From Octopus vulgaris (taxonomy: Eukaryota), in the NCBI GenBank assembly GCA_951406725.2, contig OX597833.1:15562001-15626000 (forward strand): DNA of 64,000 nt. Direction: 5' to 3'. Within the stretch, counting starts at the first letter, position 1. Each line of letters begins with the position of its first letter. A program made the position numbers and the translations under genes. The notes under the pieces were generated by a model. It did not search any database. It was given only the letters and a program-made list of their open reading frames with translations, and had not been told where the DNA came from. Below, in pieces: positions 52,206 to 64,000 of the stretch.

Positions 52206-52274
52206 TCGTAACTTTATTATTTTTCTTGCAAAACAATCATTGCTATTTTTTATTACTATCATTATTACTAAGTC

Positions 52275-52482
52275 GGGATGCTGGAAAAATCGTGAGCACG
52301 AAGGGCAGAATTGTTAGCGGTATTTCATCCGTCGTTACGTTCTGAGCTCAAATTCCAACGAGGTCGACTTTGTCTTTCATCGCTGAAGGGGTCGATAAAT
52401 GAACACTGCGATCGATGTAATCGACTTACCCCGTCCCCCGAGCCTACAGGCTTTGTGCCAAAACTTGAAACCGTTATTATCA
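52275..52482 (+). mobile_element. Old SINE family B copy
   Basis: ttagcggtatttcatccgtcgttacgttctgagctcaaattcc...caggctttgtgcc. Confidence 0.75.
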
Positions 52483-52499
52483 CTAGCATATTTATATTA

Positions 52500-53015
52500 C
52501 CGCAAATTTTCGAGTATAATCCGCATTTTCCCCCCCAGAATTTAAAGATCAAAATACCTAGTGCGTACTATATACGAGGTTAAAAAGGAAAAACATTTTC
52601 TAAGCAGTATCCAAGACTCTATTTGCTGTCCGGCAATGCTTTTCGGTCGCATTATGTGATGTCGGACACGAAAATACCTTAAGCTAAGCCTGAAAGCAAT
52701 GAAGTCATAAAAGAATCATCCATAACTTGCAGTAAGCAACATTTATTAAAATAAAAGTATTCAGAACACAGAATAACATGTAAGAAAAACAATTTGCAAA
52801 CATATCTACATTCCCATATAACAGTTAAGAACCATTATTGTATTACGCATGCGCGGAAGTGTTTGCTCGACTAGGTGCTGCTGGCGTAATTACGCACGAT
52901 TCAAGTTAGAGAAGTGATGCGTATTATACACAAGGTTTAGGTTTATCAGAGGTACAGCCCCCTAAAAATCCTTGCGTATTATACTCAAGGGCGGACTATA
53001 CCCGATGATTTACGG
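52500..53015. mobile_element. pogo/Tc2-type MITE with TA TSD
   Basis: TA|ccgcaaattttcgagtataatccgc ... gcggactatacccgatgatttacgg|TA, with repeated gcgtattatac subterminal motifs. Confidence 0.8.
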
Positions 53016-54191
53016 TATACATACATACATACATACATACATACATACATACATACATACATACATACATTTAGAAGACGATACGAAAAACACGGACGGA
53101 ACATTCGAAGTCTTGAATCTTCAGTCAAGAACCGGATCATCCTCGCAATTTCGGCTGATTAATCTTGAGATTGCTCCAATCTGGCTAGCCCCAAGGAAAA
53201 TCTAAGCTAAGCGCATTAGATTCCTAGGAAGAAAGTCTCGAATGTATACAAAACAAAGACGGAATAAAGGACGATGTTACACGAATATGAATACAAAAAT
53301 ACGTAAAAACAATAATGATAATGGTAATAACAAATATAATTATATATATATATATATGACACACATTATAAAGTAAATTCACAATATGCAGGTGGTACCA
53401 TATGTGCTGCGCATATTGATATTATATATTCCTATAGACATGATACATAAATTGACAATATGCTCAAGAATTGAACAGAGACTGTTAGAGTTTATTCTGT
53501 AATCAGCAAAATATTTGAAGATACATTAATTAAAAGACGTTAATGATAATTGAAAAAGTAATGAGACTGTCAAGGGAAAAAATGTTCATGAATCTTCACT
53601 TGAGTGAATTTGAAAATAGATTCTCCGGTGGGAATTAATGAATTACATTTACCAATATGAAGAGTTGAGTTTTGCTTTATTGTTGTTTTATTATATTCAC
53701 TTATAGACATCTTAAGTGTTTCTGGTTTCCCTTTCATAGCAATTAAAAAGAAACTTTAATACATTTCAATTTAAAAGAGAGTAAAGGATGTTTCACATTA
53801 TTGTAGAATTTCTTTGTAGACACCATTGTCAGCAAATGGACCCTTTCACATTTATCTCTGTTAATTTTTCTTTTCTTGGTGTTTTTGATAATGAAGCATA
53901 CATCTGACCGTCTGCGAAGAATGGTACCCCATCATGACCGCAGTCTAAAACAAAATTCGAAAACTTAATTCTATAGATAAGGATTGTTGCTTTTTGCGTT
54001 ACGTAATACGCTTAAAAATATTTTACTCACTTCTTTTACGCTCTTTTACCTACATGCACAGGATTACGAACGCGAGGAAAGAACTTTTAGTCTGCATATG
54101 GAAATCAAATGGAAGTTGACATTTAAAATAGAAGCGAATACTATAATATTCAGCAATATACAAATAATCTTTATCTTAAAAACAAAATTAA

Positions 54192-54362
54192 TAGGCGTAG
54201 GAGTGGATGTGTGGTAAGTAGCTTGCTTACCAACCACATAGTTCCGGGTTCAGTCCCACTGCGTGGCACCTTGGGCAAGTGTCTTCTACTATAGCCTCGG
54301 GCCGACCAAAGCCGTATGAGTGGATTTGGTAGAAGGAAACCGAAAGAAGCCTGTCGTATATA

Positions 54363-54453
<91 letters not shown>

Positions 54454-54660
54454 GTATGTTGTGTGTCTGTGTTTGTCACCCCATCATCGCTTGACAACCG
54501 ATGCTGGAGTGTTTATATCCCCGTCACCTAGCGGTTCGGCAAAAGACGCGATAAAATAAGTACTAGGCTTCCAAAGAATAAGTCCTGGGGTCGATTTGCT
54601 CGACTAAAGGCGCTGCTCCAGCATGGCCACAGTAAAATGACTGAAACAAATAAAAGAGTA
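54192..54660 (+). mobile_element. SINE family A
   Basis: Full structure. Confidence 0.9.
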
Positions 54661-54859
54661 TTATTCATTTATAATTTCTTCAAACTAATAAAACCTTTTT
54701 TTTTAATAACGTGGGTGGAAAATAAACTGGATACAGTCCCGCACTTCTTCAATCATTATATCTTAGATTATTGGTGTTGCTGATTTTGTTGTTTTAAGTT
54801 AGTGTTAATTTGTTTTATACGAGCTGTCCCAAATAACCTAATACTTATTCTGTCATCAC

Positions 54860-54955
54860 TTTAGCTGGACCACTAAGTTACGAGCACGTAAACTCACCCA
54901 CATTTGTTGTGAAGCGGTGAAGGCGGGACAAACGCAGACACACGAAGACACACAT

Positions 54956-55002
<47 letters not shown>

Positions 55003-55022
55003 ACACAGCCACTCTTGCGCCT
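54860..55022 (-). mobile_element. SINE family A remnant with head fused directly to the microsatellite
   Basis: Minus strand reads ggcgcaagagtggctgtgtgg|(TA)n. The B-box and CORE segment are missing. Confidence 0.65.
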
Positions 55023-55484
55023 GTGGTCTGTTGACTTGCACATCACGTTCCGTTTGGATACTTTAAGCCGACAGAACGGTGATATATTCATTTCCTCCTA
55101 CTGTGACAAGCTTATGCATCCAGCAGTTCTTCTCGTATTGGAGTACAGACATATGGCATATGATCCAGCGTAAATACAGGTCACATCTATCACGTTGATT
55201 AATATATTTATTTGAAGTTAGCATAGATTATCAAAAGATTAGGCCGCCAATCGTTTGCGTGGCTGCATTACAAACTGGCAGGTGAGATCAGCTGCATCTT
55301 AAAGAATACTTGCTTGGCACTTTCTGATGGACATATACTGATTCTGATCCGCCCTCTGTTTCTGATCTATGCCCAGATGCAGTCAACCATTGATAGGTCA
55401 TATTTGTATTTACATAAGGATCGCTGACACTTTTAAGGCTTTGGCTATGTAATGCCTTACAGCTCTACTATATTTGGTGTTCGA

Positions 55485-56082
55485 AAGGCGGCGAGCTGGC
55501 AGAAACGTTAGCGCGCCGGGCGAAATGCTTAGCGGTATCTCGTCGGCCGTTACGTTCTGAGTTCAAATTGTGCCAAGGTCGACTTTGCCTTTCATCCTTT
55601 CGGGATCGATTAAATAAGTACCAGTTACGCACTGGGGTCGATATAATTGACTTAATCCGTTTGTCTGCCCTTGTTTATCCCCTCTGGGTGTAGCCCCTTG
55701 TGGGTAGTAAAGAAATAGGTATTTCGTCTGCCGCTACGTTCTGAGTTCAAATTCCGCCGAGGTCGACTTTGCTTTATCCTTTCGGGGTCGATTAAATAAG
55801 TACCAGTTACGCACTGGGGTCGATATAATCGACTTAATCCGTTTGTCTGTCCTTGTTTATCCCCTCTGTGTGTAGCCCCTTTTGGGTAGTAAAGAAATAG
55901 GTATTTCGTCTGCCGTTACGTTCTGAGTTCAAATTGTGCCGAGATCGACTTTGCCTTTCATCCTTTCGGGGTCGATTAAATAAGTACCAGTTACGCACTG
56001 GGGTCGATGTAATCGACTTAATCCGTTTGTCTGTCCTTGTTTGTTCCCTCTATGTTTAACCCTCGCCGGCAGTAAAGAAAAA
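55485..56082 (+). mobile_element. SINE family B tandem array (3 units)
   Basis: Junctions at 55718 and 55900 (period 182). TSD tatatttg(g/a)tgttcga at 55469-55484 and 56083-56098. Confidence 0.93.
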
Positions 56083-56865
56083 TATATTTGATGTTCGATG
56101 TTATAATCATACGATAATCCTAATTTGGGTATGTTCCGTGAGTTTATGGATTATACTAATCTCTTGACCCTGGCATTCCAAATTCGCGTCAGCGATGTGA
56201 TTGATGGTAATTCTTAAAGACACTACTATTAACAATGTTCGCTGTTATACCCATTTCAATAGCCTGAATGTATTACTCTCGCTTCAGAGAGACAGATACA
56301 TCTGAACGTTCATGTGGAAGAATCTTAACATGAACAGTTGGGCTATGTATATATTATGGCAGTTTCAAGATATCAGATCAATATTTTAATAATTTCCCTT
56401 GAGAATATGCAAAACTATATGCTATCGCCGTGCGTGGGCAATATTTTCTTAACGTCAAGAAATCCCTGGATATGTGCTGACTGACTTCAAGACAGGCCAA
56501 TCGGTATGATGCGTGGGGCAATATCCACTTATACTATTTTCTTCCCTTAAACAGCAATTACCAACAAGAATCTTTAAGAAAGACCTGGCTTCCTTCAAAC
56601 ACTACTGCGAAATGTTTTCACAATTATGGCCCGCATGCAGTTGAAATTTTCTTTAATGGTCTCGTAAAATGGAGAAAAGGGAAAACAAGGTGTACAGTCA
56701 TAACTATAGTAACAACGGTAGGAATACTAAAATAGGTGGATGCCAAACTCAGTAGAATATTTCAACACCAGCTCCTTATGACAGCATTTACCATAAGTAA
56801 CAGTAAGTACGATATAGTTCTAACTTCAAGGCATAACATATAAGCGCGCAAAACACACACGTATG

Positions 56866-56929
<64 letters not shown>

Positions 56930-56985
56930 CACACACACATATATATATATATAAATATACATATACATACACACACACACACACA

Positions 56986-57036
<51 letters not shown>

Positions 57037-57064
57037 CATACACACTCACCGTGTAGCCCCCCTG

Positions 57065-57141
<77 letters not shown>

Positions 57142-57659
57142 TCGTGTACCGGTGCCGTCAGAAATGAGAGCATGAAAATTATACGAAAAATAAATTTAAA
57201 ACTTACCTTTATCTTAACTGTTTCAACGCAACGTTTCTAGCGAAAACCCTACCACCAATGAGTTCGATTTATATTCAATGTTTTTTTACCAACATTTTAA
57301 TTAGGGTGACAGTAGTATGATGGAAACGTTATTGAAGCTCTGACCTTCTGATTTGTTAATAGTCATTGTAAATGCTGGGATAACAGGAAACTATCGTCTA
57401 CTCATACTAAAAGGAAAGGGTTGTTTCACTGGGACGGAAGCTGATGGGTGGAATAAAGGCCCCCTCACCTTTCTCACTTCTAAATATTTTTCCATGAATG
57501 AAAAAAATCCTCGATGGACAGCTCTAAGATCCGGGTCCCATTGAGTAAACATCTCATTGGGTTCGGGTTCCTTAGCAACATGAATATCGAATGCGTCGGA
57601 TTATCGAATGTTGGAGTATTGTAATACTTTGCCATGAGTTTCTTCAATTTTTGTTACCA

Positions 57660-58290
57660 ACCATATATGGTTGCTAGCCTGGTTCTCCATATGGAAAGTA
57701 CAGTACATATGTCATTGGGTTGAGATTGGGACTAAGAATGTTCAGACTGATCATAGGGACTTCATTGTTTCTTGGGTGAACCTTGAAATCTCTGTGGAAG
57801 GATGGCTCGCCGTCCGTATTGCTGAAGACCATAGCTTTTTTAGTATATGTTGGTAAATTATATTTCCACCTATCAGCAGACTAAATTCACAACAGACATA
57901 GACCTCTCTTCCTGTTGGGCATGCTGTTCCGCATGCAGGTCTACTTCTCGTAATGTTCTATAAGATGCAGCATAGACAATGTTCTCTCTGATAATCTGAC
58001 CCAATATGTGCATCTCTTCAGGTATACATCTTTCATTTGCTGCACTCTGAGCCAGCACTCCGGTAGCTTGAACACTGTCAACAACATACTGTTGTGCAAA
58101 TTGCCTCTGGTGGCATTCAACAGGATGCCAGGATGCATGTGCGAAGCCCTGTGAAAAACTTGGCCGTGCACTCTGAAGCAGAATGCACCTCGTCCTTGTG
58201 CGTCATCAATGTGAGCACCCATGGATGCGAAAGATAGAGCAGAATTAGATGACCTTGTGTTTTCTTTGAAACATGCCGTCCACTCAAAAT
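57660..58290 (-). pseudogene. Helitron RepHel N-terminal remnant
   Basis: FKENTRSSNSALSFASMGA...GRGAFCFRVHGQVFH and AMVFSNTDGEPSFHRDF...NILSPNLNPMTYVLYFPYGEPG. Confidence 0.85.
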
Positions 58291-58294
58291 AATG

Positions 58295-58803
58295 GTAGAA
58301 CATCGTAAAGCTATGACACGAGGGGATGTTGAAAAATCGGGTATAGCTGATCATGTATAGAATAACGGAGAGCCCCTCCCATGTGGGATGAAGTTAAAAT
58401 AATAGATAAAGAATACCACTGGAAAATACGAAAACTAAAAGAAGCAGCACATATGCTAGGATACAACAACCTCCTAAGCAGACCGAGTGCAGATATGGGA
58501 AGAGGTATTAATGAAGGATACAAAAATATTAGGTTTTTAAGCCCTAAAATTCACTCTATAATTGCCCACGGATATATAGCGTAATGGCTAGAAGCGCAGG
58601 TTATTAAACCCAAAATTCCGAGTTCATTTCCAAGCAGTGCCTTGAATAAATAAAGATATCAATAATAACATCAGCAAAAAAATACCTTAGAAATGAGAAC
58701 CCAGGACACCTGATGAAGGCTGGAGAGTAAATCAGCCGAAACGTTGTGGTAACAACAAACAAGATGCGGACACATAACCGTCCTATGTAAATAATGTAAA
58801 TAA
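58295..58803 (+). mobile_element. Penelope-like element 3' fragment (end of GIY-YIG domain plus pLTR/UTR)
   Basis: EHRKAMTRGDVEKSGIADHV...WDEVKIIDKEYHWKIRKLKEAAH. HHR downstream, tail (tgtaaataa)x2. Confidence 0.82.
58707..58748 (+). ncRNA. Minimal type I hammerhead ribozyme
   Basis: cac-CTGATGA-a-ggctg...cagcc-GAAAC-GTT-gtg. Confidence 0.78.
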
Positions 58804-59371
58804 TCTCTCCTTTGTGCAATGAGGTTCTCCTTTACATCTTCGAGTCTGTCATCTTACATATTGTGCTCTTGTCTCTCGTCTCGTTTATTGTGATTGATTT
58901 GATAATATATTTTTAATCTACTTTTTAATCTTCTTGCGTCCAGGCCTTCCCAAGTGAGACTGGTTGTTCTTCGCCTTTGTCTCTCTCTCTCTCTTCCTCT
59001 CTCTCTAATAGTCGCCTTTTCTCTGTTTCCTTCTCCATAGCAGAAGAAAGAGTATCAGTGAATGGCTAACACTATATACCGTTTAATAATTTATGACAGA
59101 ACAGTTGACTAAAACTATCAGTAGACTGATAACAAACACTATATGCTGTAAATAAGTTATGGGATTACGAAAAACTAAAATTATCAGTGAACTGATAACA
59201 AAAAGTATAGACTGTAAATACATACACACACGTTGGAACCGAAATGTTAGATAAAATGATATTCGTAAAATATGGCCCAGTAGGCATGGGTGTTGAAAAG
59301 TAGTAAAGTAATATATAGGTGGTGGTTTCAAATCTCTTCCAGAAATTATAAGAGATCTCGTACAAAATTTA

Positions 59372-59665
59372 TAGGTGCAGGAGTGGCTCTGTGGTAAGTA
59401 GCTTGCTTACCAACCACATGGCTCCGGGTTCAGTCCCACTGCGTGGCATCTTGGGCAAGTGTCTTCTACAGGTAGCCTCGGGTCGACCAAATCGTTGTGA
59501 GTGGATTTGGTAAACGGAAACTAAAAGAAGCCCGTCGGATATGTATATGTGTGTTTATGTGTGTGTGTTTGTATTTGTGTGTCTGTGTTTGTCCCCCACC
59601 GCTACCATTTCTTGACAACCGATGCTGGTGTGTTCTCGTCCCCGTAACTTAGCGGTTCGGCAAAC
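59372..59665 (+). mobile_element. SINE family A, 3'-truncated
   Basis: Head through acttagcggttcggcaaa. Confidence 0.88.
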
Positions 59666-60184
59666 GTATTTATGCGTGTGTATAAAAATACAGATAGATA
59701 AGATGTATATAATATAGATATTAAGCGTTATTATTTTAGACCTCTGCTTTTATCGCTCAAGAGCATGATGTGGCATATTAAATATATGAAGATAGCTGTG
59801 TGTAAAATAAGCCGATTGCTATTAAAAAGAAAGACATATGTCAAAAGTGATTTTCACTTGAAAATCCCTTTCGAAGTTATTATTATTTCTTATAAATTTT
59901 CAAACATTGTTTTACTTTACGAAATGAGATGTCAATTTGTAAATAATGTTTACACACGATAAACCCCCCACAAACACACAAACAAACAAACACATTTATA
60001 AATAATTGATGTAGACAGTGGTTTGCAATATGTTACCACAAAGGAAAACTATAATTGTCATTAAATAGGATTAAGTGCGTTAGAACACCTAAATTGCTAG
60101 AAATAAGAGCTAAGCTGATCCAATGCTGTAGTCAAAGCACATAATTATATACACATATACTGAGAGAAGCGGTAATCGCCCGAA

Positions 60185-60811
60185 GGCGGCGAGCTGGCAG
60201 AATCGTTAGCACGCCGGGCGAAATGCTTAGCCGTATTTCGTCTGCTACTACGTTCTGAGTTCAAATTCCGCCAAGGTCGACTTTGCCTTTCGGGGTCGAT
60301 AAATTAAGTACCAGTTACGCACTGGGGTCGATGTAATCGACTTAATCCGTTTGTCTGTCCTTGTTTATCCCCTCTGTGATAGCCCCTTGTGTGTAGTAAA
60401 CAAATAGGTAAGTTTAGCCCCTTTTGGGTAGTAAAGAAATAGGTATTTCGTCTGCCGCTACATTCTGAGTTCAAATTCCGCCGAGGTCAAATTTCCCTTT
60501 CATCATTTCGGGGTCGATTAAATAAGTACCAGTTACGCACTGGGGTCGATATAATCGACTTAATCCGTTTGTCTGTCCTTGTTTGTGCTCTCTGTTGTGT
60601 AGCCCCTTGTGGGCAGAAAAGAAATAGGTATTTCGTCTGCCGCTACATTCTGAGTTCAAATTCCGCCGAGAGTCAAATTTCCCTTTCATCCTTTCGATGT
60701 CGATAAATTAAGTACCAGTTACGCACTGGGGTCGATGTAGTCGATTTAATCCCTTTGTTTGTCCTTGTTTGTCCCCTCTATCTTTAGCCCCTTGTGAGAA
60801 ATAAAGAAATA
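60185..60811 (+). mobile_element. SINE family B tandem array (3 units plus partial tail duplication)
   Basis: TSD core gtaatcgcccgaa at 60172-60184 and 60819-60831. Confidence 0.92.
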
Positions 60812-61245
60812 AGAAACCGTAATCGCCCGAATGTACCGTGGAGAATTCCCTATACTGAGCGTTCACTTTCAGCTTTTACCGTAGTCTCCTTTGAAGGTAT
60901 AGTTCGACTCATTTGATTGCGAATGGAATTCACCGTCAGTATATATGTATTCGCCATAGATATCTATGAATGATTTAGCGAATGGCTAATCTGTATACAA
61001 ATAGTTCATATAGAAAGCGGTGTGTAATGTTTTATCAAAAAGATAACATATAATTTTCATTAAATATGATTAAGTGTGTTAGAACACCTACATTGCTAGA
61101 AATAAGAGTTAAAGTGCTCCATTGTTCTACAAAAAACATATTGTATACATATATGCTGGTAGAGACCGTAATCGTTCCAGAATTCCCTTTACTCATCGGT
61201 CAGTTTCGGCTTTTACCGTAGCCTCATATATTTATATATCTATAA

Positions 61246-62040
61246 GGCGGCGACCTGGCAGAAACGTTAGCGCGCCGGGTGAAATGCTTATCGGTATTTT
61301 GTCTGTCGTTACGTTCTGAGTTCAAATTGCGTCAAGGTCGACTTTGCCTTTCATCTTTTCGGGGTCGATAAATTAAGTACCAGTTATGCACTGGGGTCGA
61401 TATAATCGACTTAATCCGTTTGTCCTCTCTGTGTTTGCCCCTTGTGGGTAGTAAAGAAATATGTATTTCGAACGTCTTTTCGCACTCCAGTTCTGAGTTG
61501 ACTGTGGCTCTCATCCTTTCGCGGTCGATAAAGGTAAGTACCATCTGAGCACTGGGCTCGATGTAATCAACTTACTCCCTACATCGAAATTACGAGCCTT
61601 AATACCTATGCCTGTCCTTCTTTGTCCCCTCTATGTTTAGCCCCTTGTGGGTAGTAAAGAAATAGGTATTTCGTCTGTCGTTATGTTCTGATTTCAAATT
61701 CCGCCGAGGTCGAATTTGCCTTTCATCCTATCGGGGTCGATAAATTAAGTACCAGTTACGCACTGGGGTCGATGTAATCGACTTAATACCAATGTCTGTC
61801 CTTGTTTGTCCCCTCTATGTTTAGCCCCTTGTGGGTAATAAAGAAATAGAAATAGGTATTTTGTCTGTCGTTACGTTCTGAGTTCAAATTCCGCTGAGGT
61901 CGACTTTGCCTTTCATCCTTGCGGGGTCGATAAATTAAGTACCAGTTACGCACTGGGGTCGATGTAATCGACTTAATACCAATGTTGTCTGTCCTTGTTT
62001 GTCCCCTCTATGTTTAGCCCCTTGTGGGCAGTAAAGAAAT
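61246..62040 (+). mobile_element. SINE family B tandem array (4 units, one chimeric)
   Basis: Perfect 20-bp TSD atatatttatatatctataa at 61226-61245 and 62041-62060. Confidence 0.92.
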
Positions 62041-62064
62041 ATATATTTATATATCTATAAGTAT

Positions 62065-62325
62065 GTTTGTGCGTGCGTGTCTACGTATGTGTGTATTTAG
62101 GTTACTTGCCTGTATTTGTCCCCACCCCACTACTGATTGACAAATGATGCTAGGGAATTTATTTTCCGTAATTTTTTTCTGGGTTCGGTAAAAGGGTCGA
62201 ATGTAATTCGTAATAAATACTAGGCTAAAAAAGAAATAAGTCACGGGCTTTCTTTCTTCAACTAGAATTCTCCAAGATGGTGCCCCAGCATGGCTGCAGT
62301 CTAATGACTGAAACTAGCGAAAGAC
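62065..62325 (+). mobile_element. Old SINE family A, 3' part
   Basis: ggtgccccagcatggctgcagtctaatgactgaaac. Confidence 0.65.
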
Positions 62326-63109
62326 TATTTAGTAGCCATGTTTGATTTTATGTGCAGTCATAATAAAAACAGTTTTGTATTAATATGAAGAGTTGGCACA
62401 AAGCCAGTAATTTTAGGAGTGGAGTAAATGGTACTTCTGAAGTGTTTGCCAAAATTTGGCATTACCAAAATTGTCAACTTTCTTGCCTCCAGGGTTGTTA
62501 CATTGTGAGGTAATTGTATTTGACGCAAGTATATATCTGAGATCGATCTATAGTAAACGGTACAGTTTCTAAGTAGATTGCATTTTCTCTCTCCATTTCT
62601 CTTATCCTTGATGCCATTGGTAATGATATTACGTGAAGAAAGGATCTGATAATAATTTGAAAAACAATGCTCCAAAATGTAACCGCCTTTATATTTATAA
62701 ATGATGTTTGACAATATTGTAAGTCTGAAGACTATTCCGACTCTCTTGTTACAAAACTGGAATAAAATTTAGGACCACAAAATGCACTACAGATAGTTTG
62801 AGAAACGATTAAGTGGGTGTAATAGTAGGGTTTCTGCTATTATCTGTTGAAAACCCGATGGGTCCTGAAGGCAACTGTTATAAATATTCAAATATACTAA
62901 AGGTAGATAAAATTCTAAACTGTGTGATAAGCAGAAGCGTGACGTTCACCTATTGAATACAGGTAAACATGCTGTTCAAACGCAATCTACATTCCAGAAT
63001 TTTAATTACAACAACCAACACATGAATTCTTGCAGTGTTACTCCTACTGTGCAGTCTTCATTAAAATGACAAAGATGGAACATGAAGACCTTAACAGGAA
63101 TATTGCCTT

Positions 63110-63255
63110 CAAACTTTGGCACAAGTCCAGAAATTTAGGGAGATGGGATGTGTCAATTACATCGTCACATTATTCGATTGGTATTTTATCAACCCCGAAA
63201 GGATAAAAGGAAAAGTCGATCCCGGGCGAATTTGAACTCAGAACGTAAAGACGTA
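63110..63255 (-). mobile_element. Old SINE family B fragment
   Basis: accccgaaaggataaaaggaaaagtcga...aatttgaactcagaacgtaaag. Confidence 0.7.
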
Positions 63256-63759
63256 TTGTGACAATGATAAATTTTCATTTTATTTCCGGATTGCTAACGA
63301 TTCTGCAACCACGCGATCTTTTAATGAAAGGGAAATATTAGGAAGTTGATTAAAAATTTCAAACGTTTATGTGCACCACGATGTGTGCTCCAGTAGCGCA
63401 CAAAACCGAAGAATGGAAGACAAGAAATTACCAACCGAACGTGAATCATTTGATCAGTATTTCTGAAATGAGAAAAGGAAATTATTTTTGTTGCATGTTC
63501 GAAAAAAAAAACCGAAAAAAACTGCAGCGTTTTTAAAGATAATATTGTGAACAACTACTGCTAGAAAGAGAATCAAATTGGAACAAGAAAGTAAATATGA
63601 AAGTATGCTAGTACTTGGTCAGTTTGAAAGGCATGACAATATTAAAAACAGATAAACGGTAATGGAATTGACTAGAAAATGAGAGAAATGAAACGGGAAA
63701 TTGAGGGAATATTATTTGCAGCTCAAAAAAAGAAGTCTTCATTTCGAAATCTGTCCAAC

Positions 63760-63817
<58 letters not shown>

Positions 63818-63954
63818 GAAAAATTGTAAAAATGCAGAATGCTTGATTGAAAGAAAATTTTAATGAAATGAGAAAATGAAAAAATATATAAATATATATT
63901 TATTCAAACCGGTTTTCGTCATAGTTTGACTTATCAAGAATAGTTAGGTGAAAA

Positions 63955-64000
<46 letters not shown>

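Noticed and set aside
55718-55900. Hammerhead retrozyme explanation for the SINE B arrays
   Set aside because: No CUGANGA core found on either strand of the unit.

Overview
AT-rich, microsatellite-saturated animal DNA, probably intergenic or intronic. The SINE repertoire suggests Octopus or another coleoid cephalopod; this is inferred from recalled repeat families, not from a search. No host exon, rRNA, functional tRNA or CRISPR array could be supported, and most ORFs in the track are translated microsatellites or SINEs. The window is a mosaic of mobile elements: (1) several tRNA-derived SINE families, labelled A-E here, many with clear target-site duplications (TSDs); (2) 5'-truncated LINEs of the Tx1/L1, R4/Dong, RTE and CR1 types; (3) Penelope-like (PLE) remnants; (4) Helitron derivatives; (5) a mariner fragment and several MITEs. 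Two signals stand out. First, about seven type I hammerhead ribozyme (HHR) motifs from at least five distinct sequence families, plus two half-motifs. Most have the minimal palindromic stem III typical of PLEs, and several lie in inverted-repeat cassettes inserted in (TA)n tracts. One is a ~440-nt fold-back carrying an intact HHR on each strand, and one family has a CCGA core variant. Second, a young SINE (family B) whose 3' tail matches a Tx1-like LINE in the same window. It forms ~183-bp head-to-tail arrays that re-enter at the same point in its anticodon-like loop, and most arrays are enclosed by a single TSD. All calls were made by eye, and boundaries without a stated TSD or TIR are approximate.
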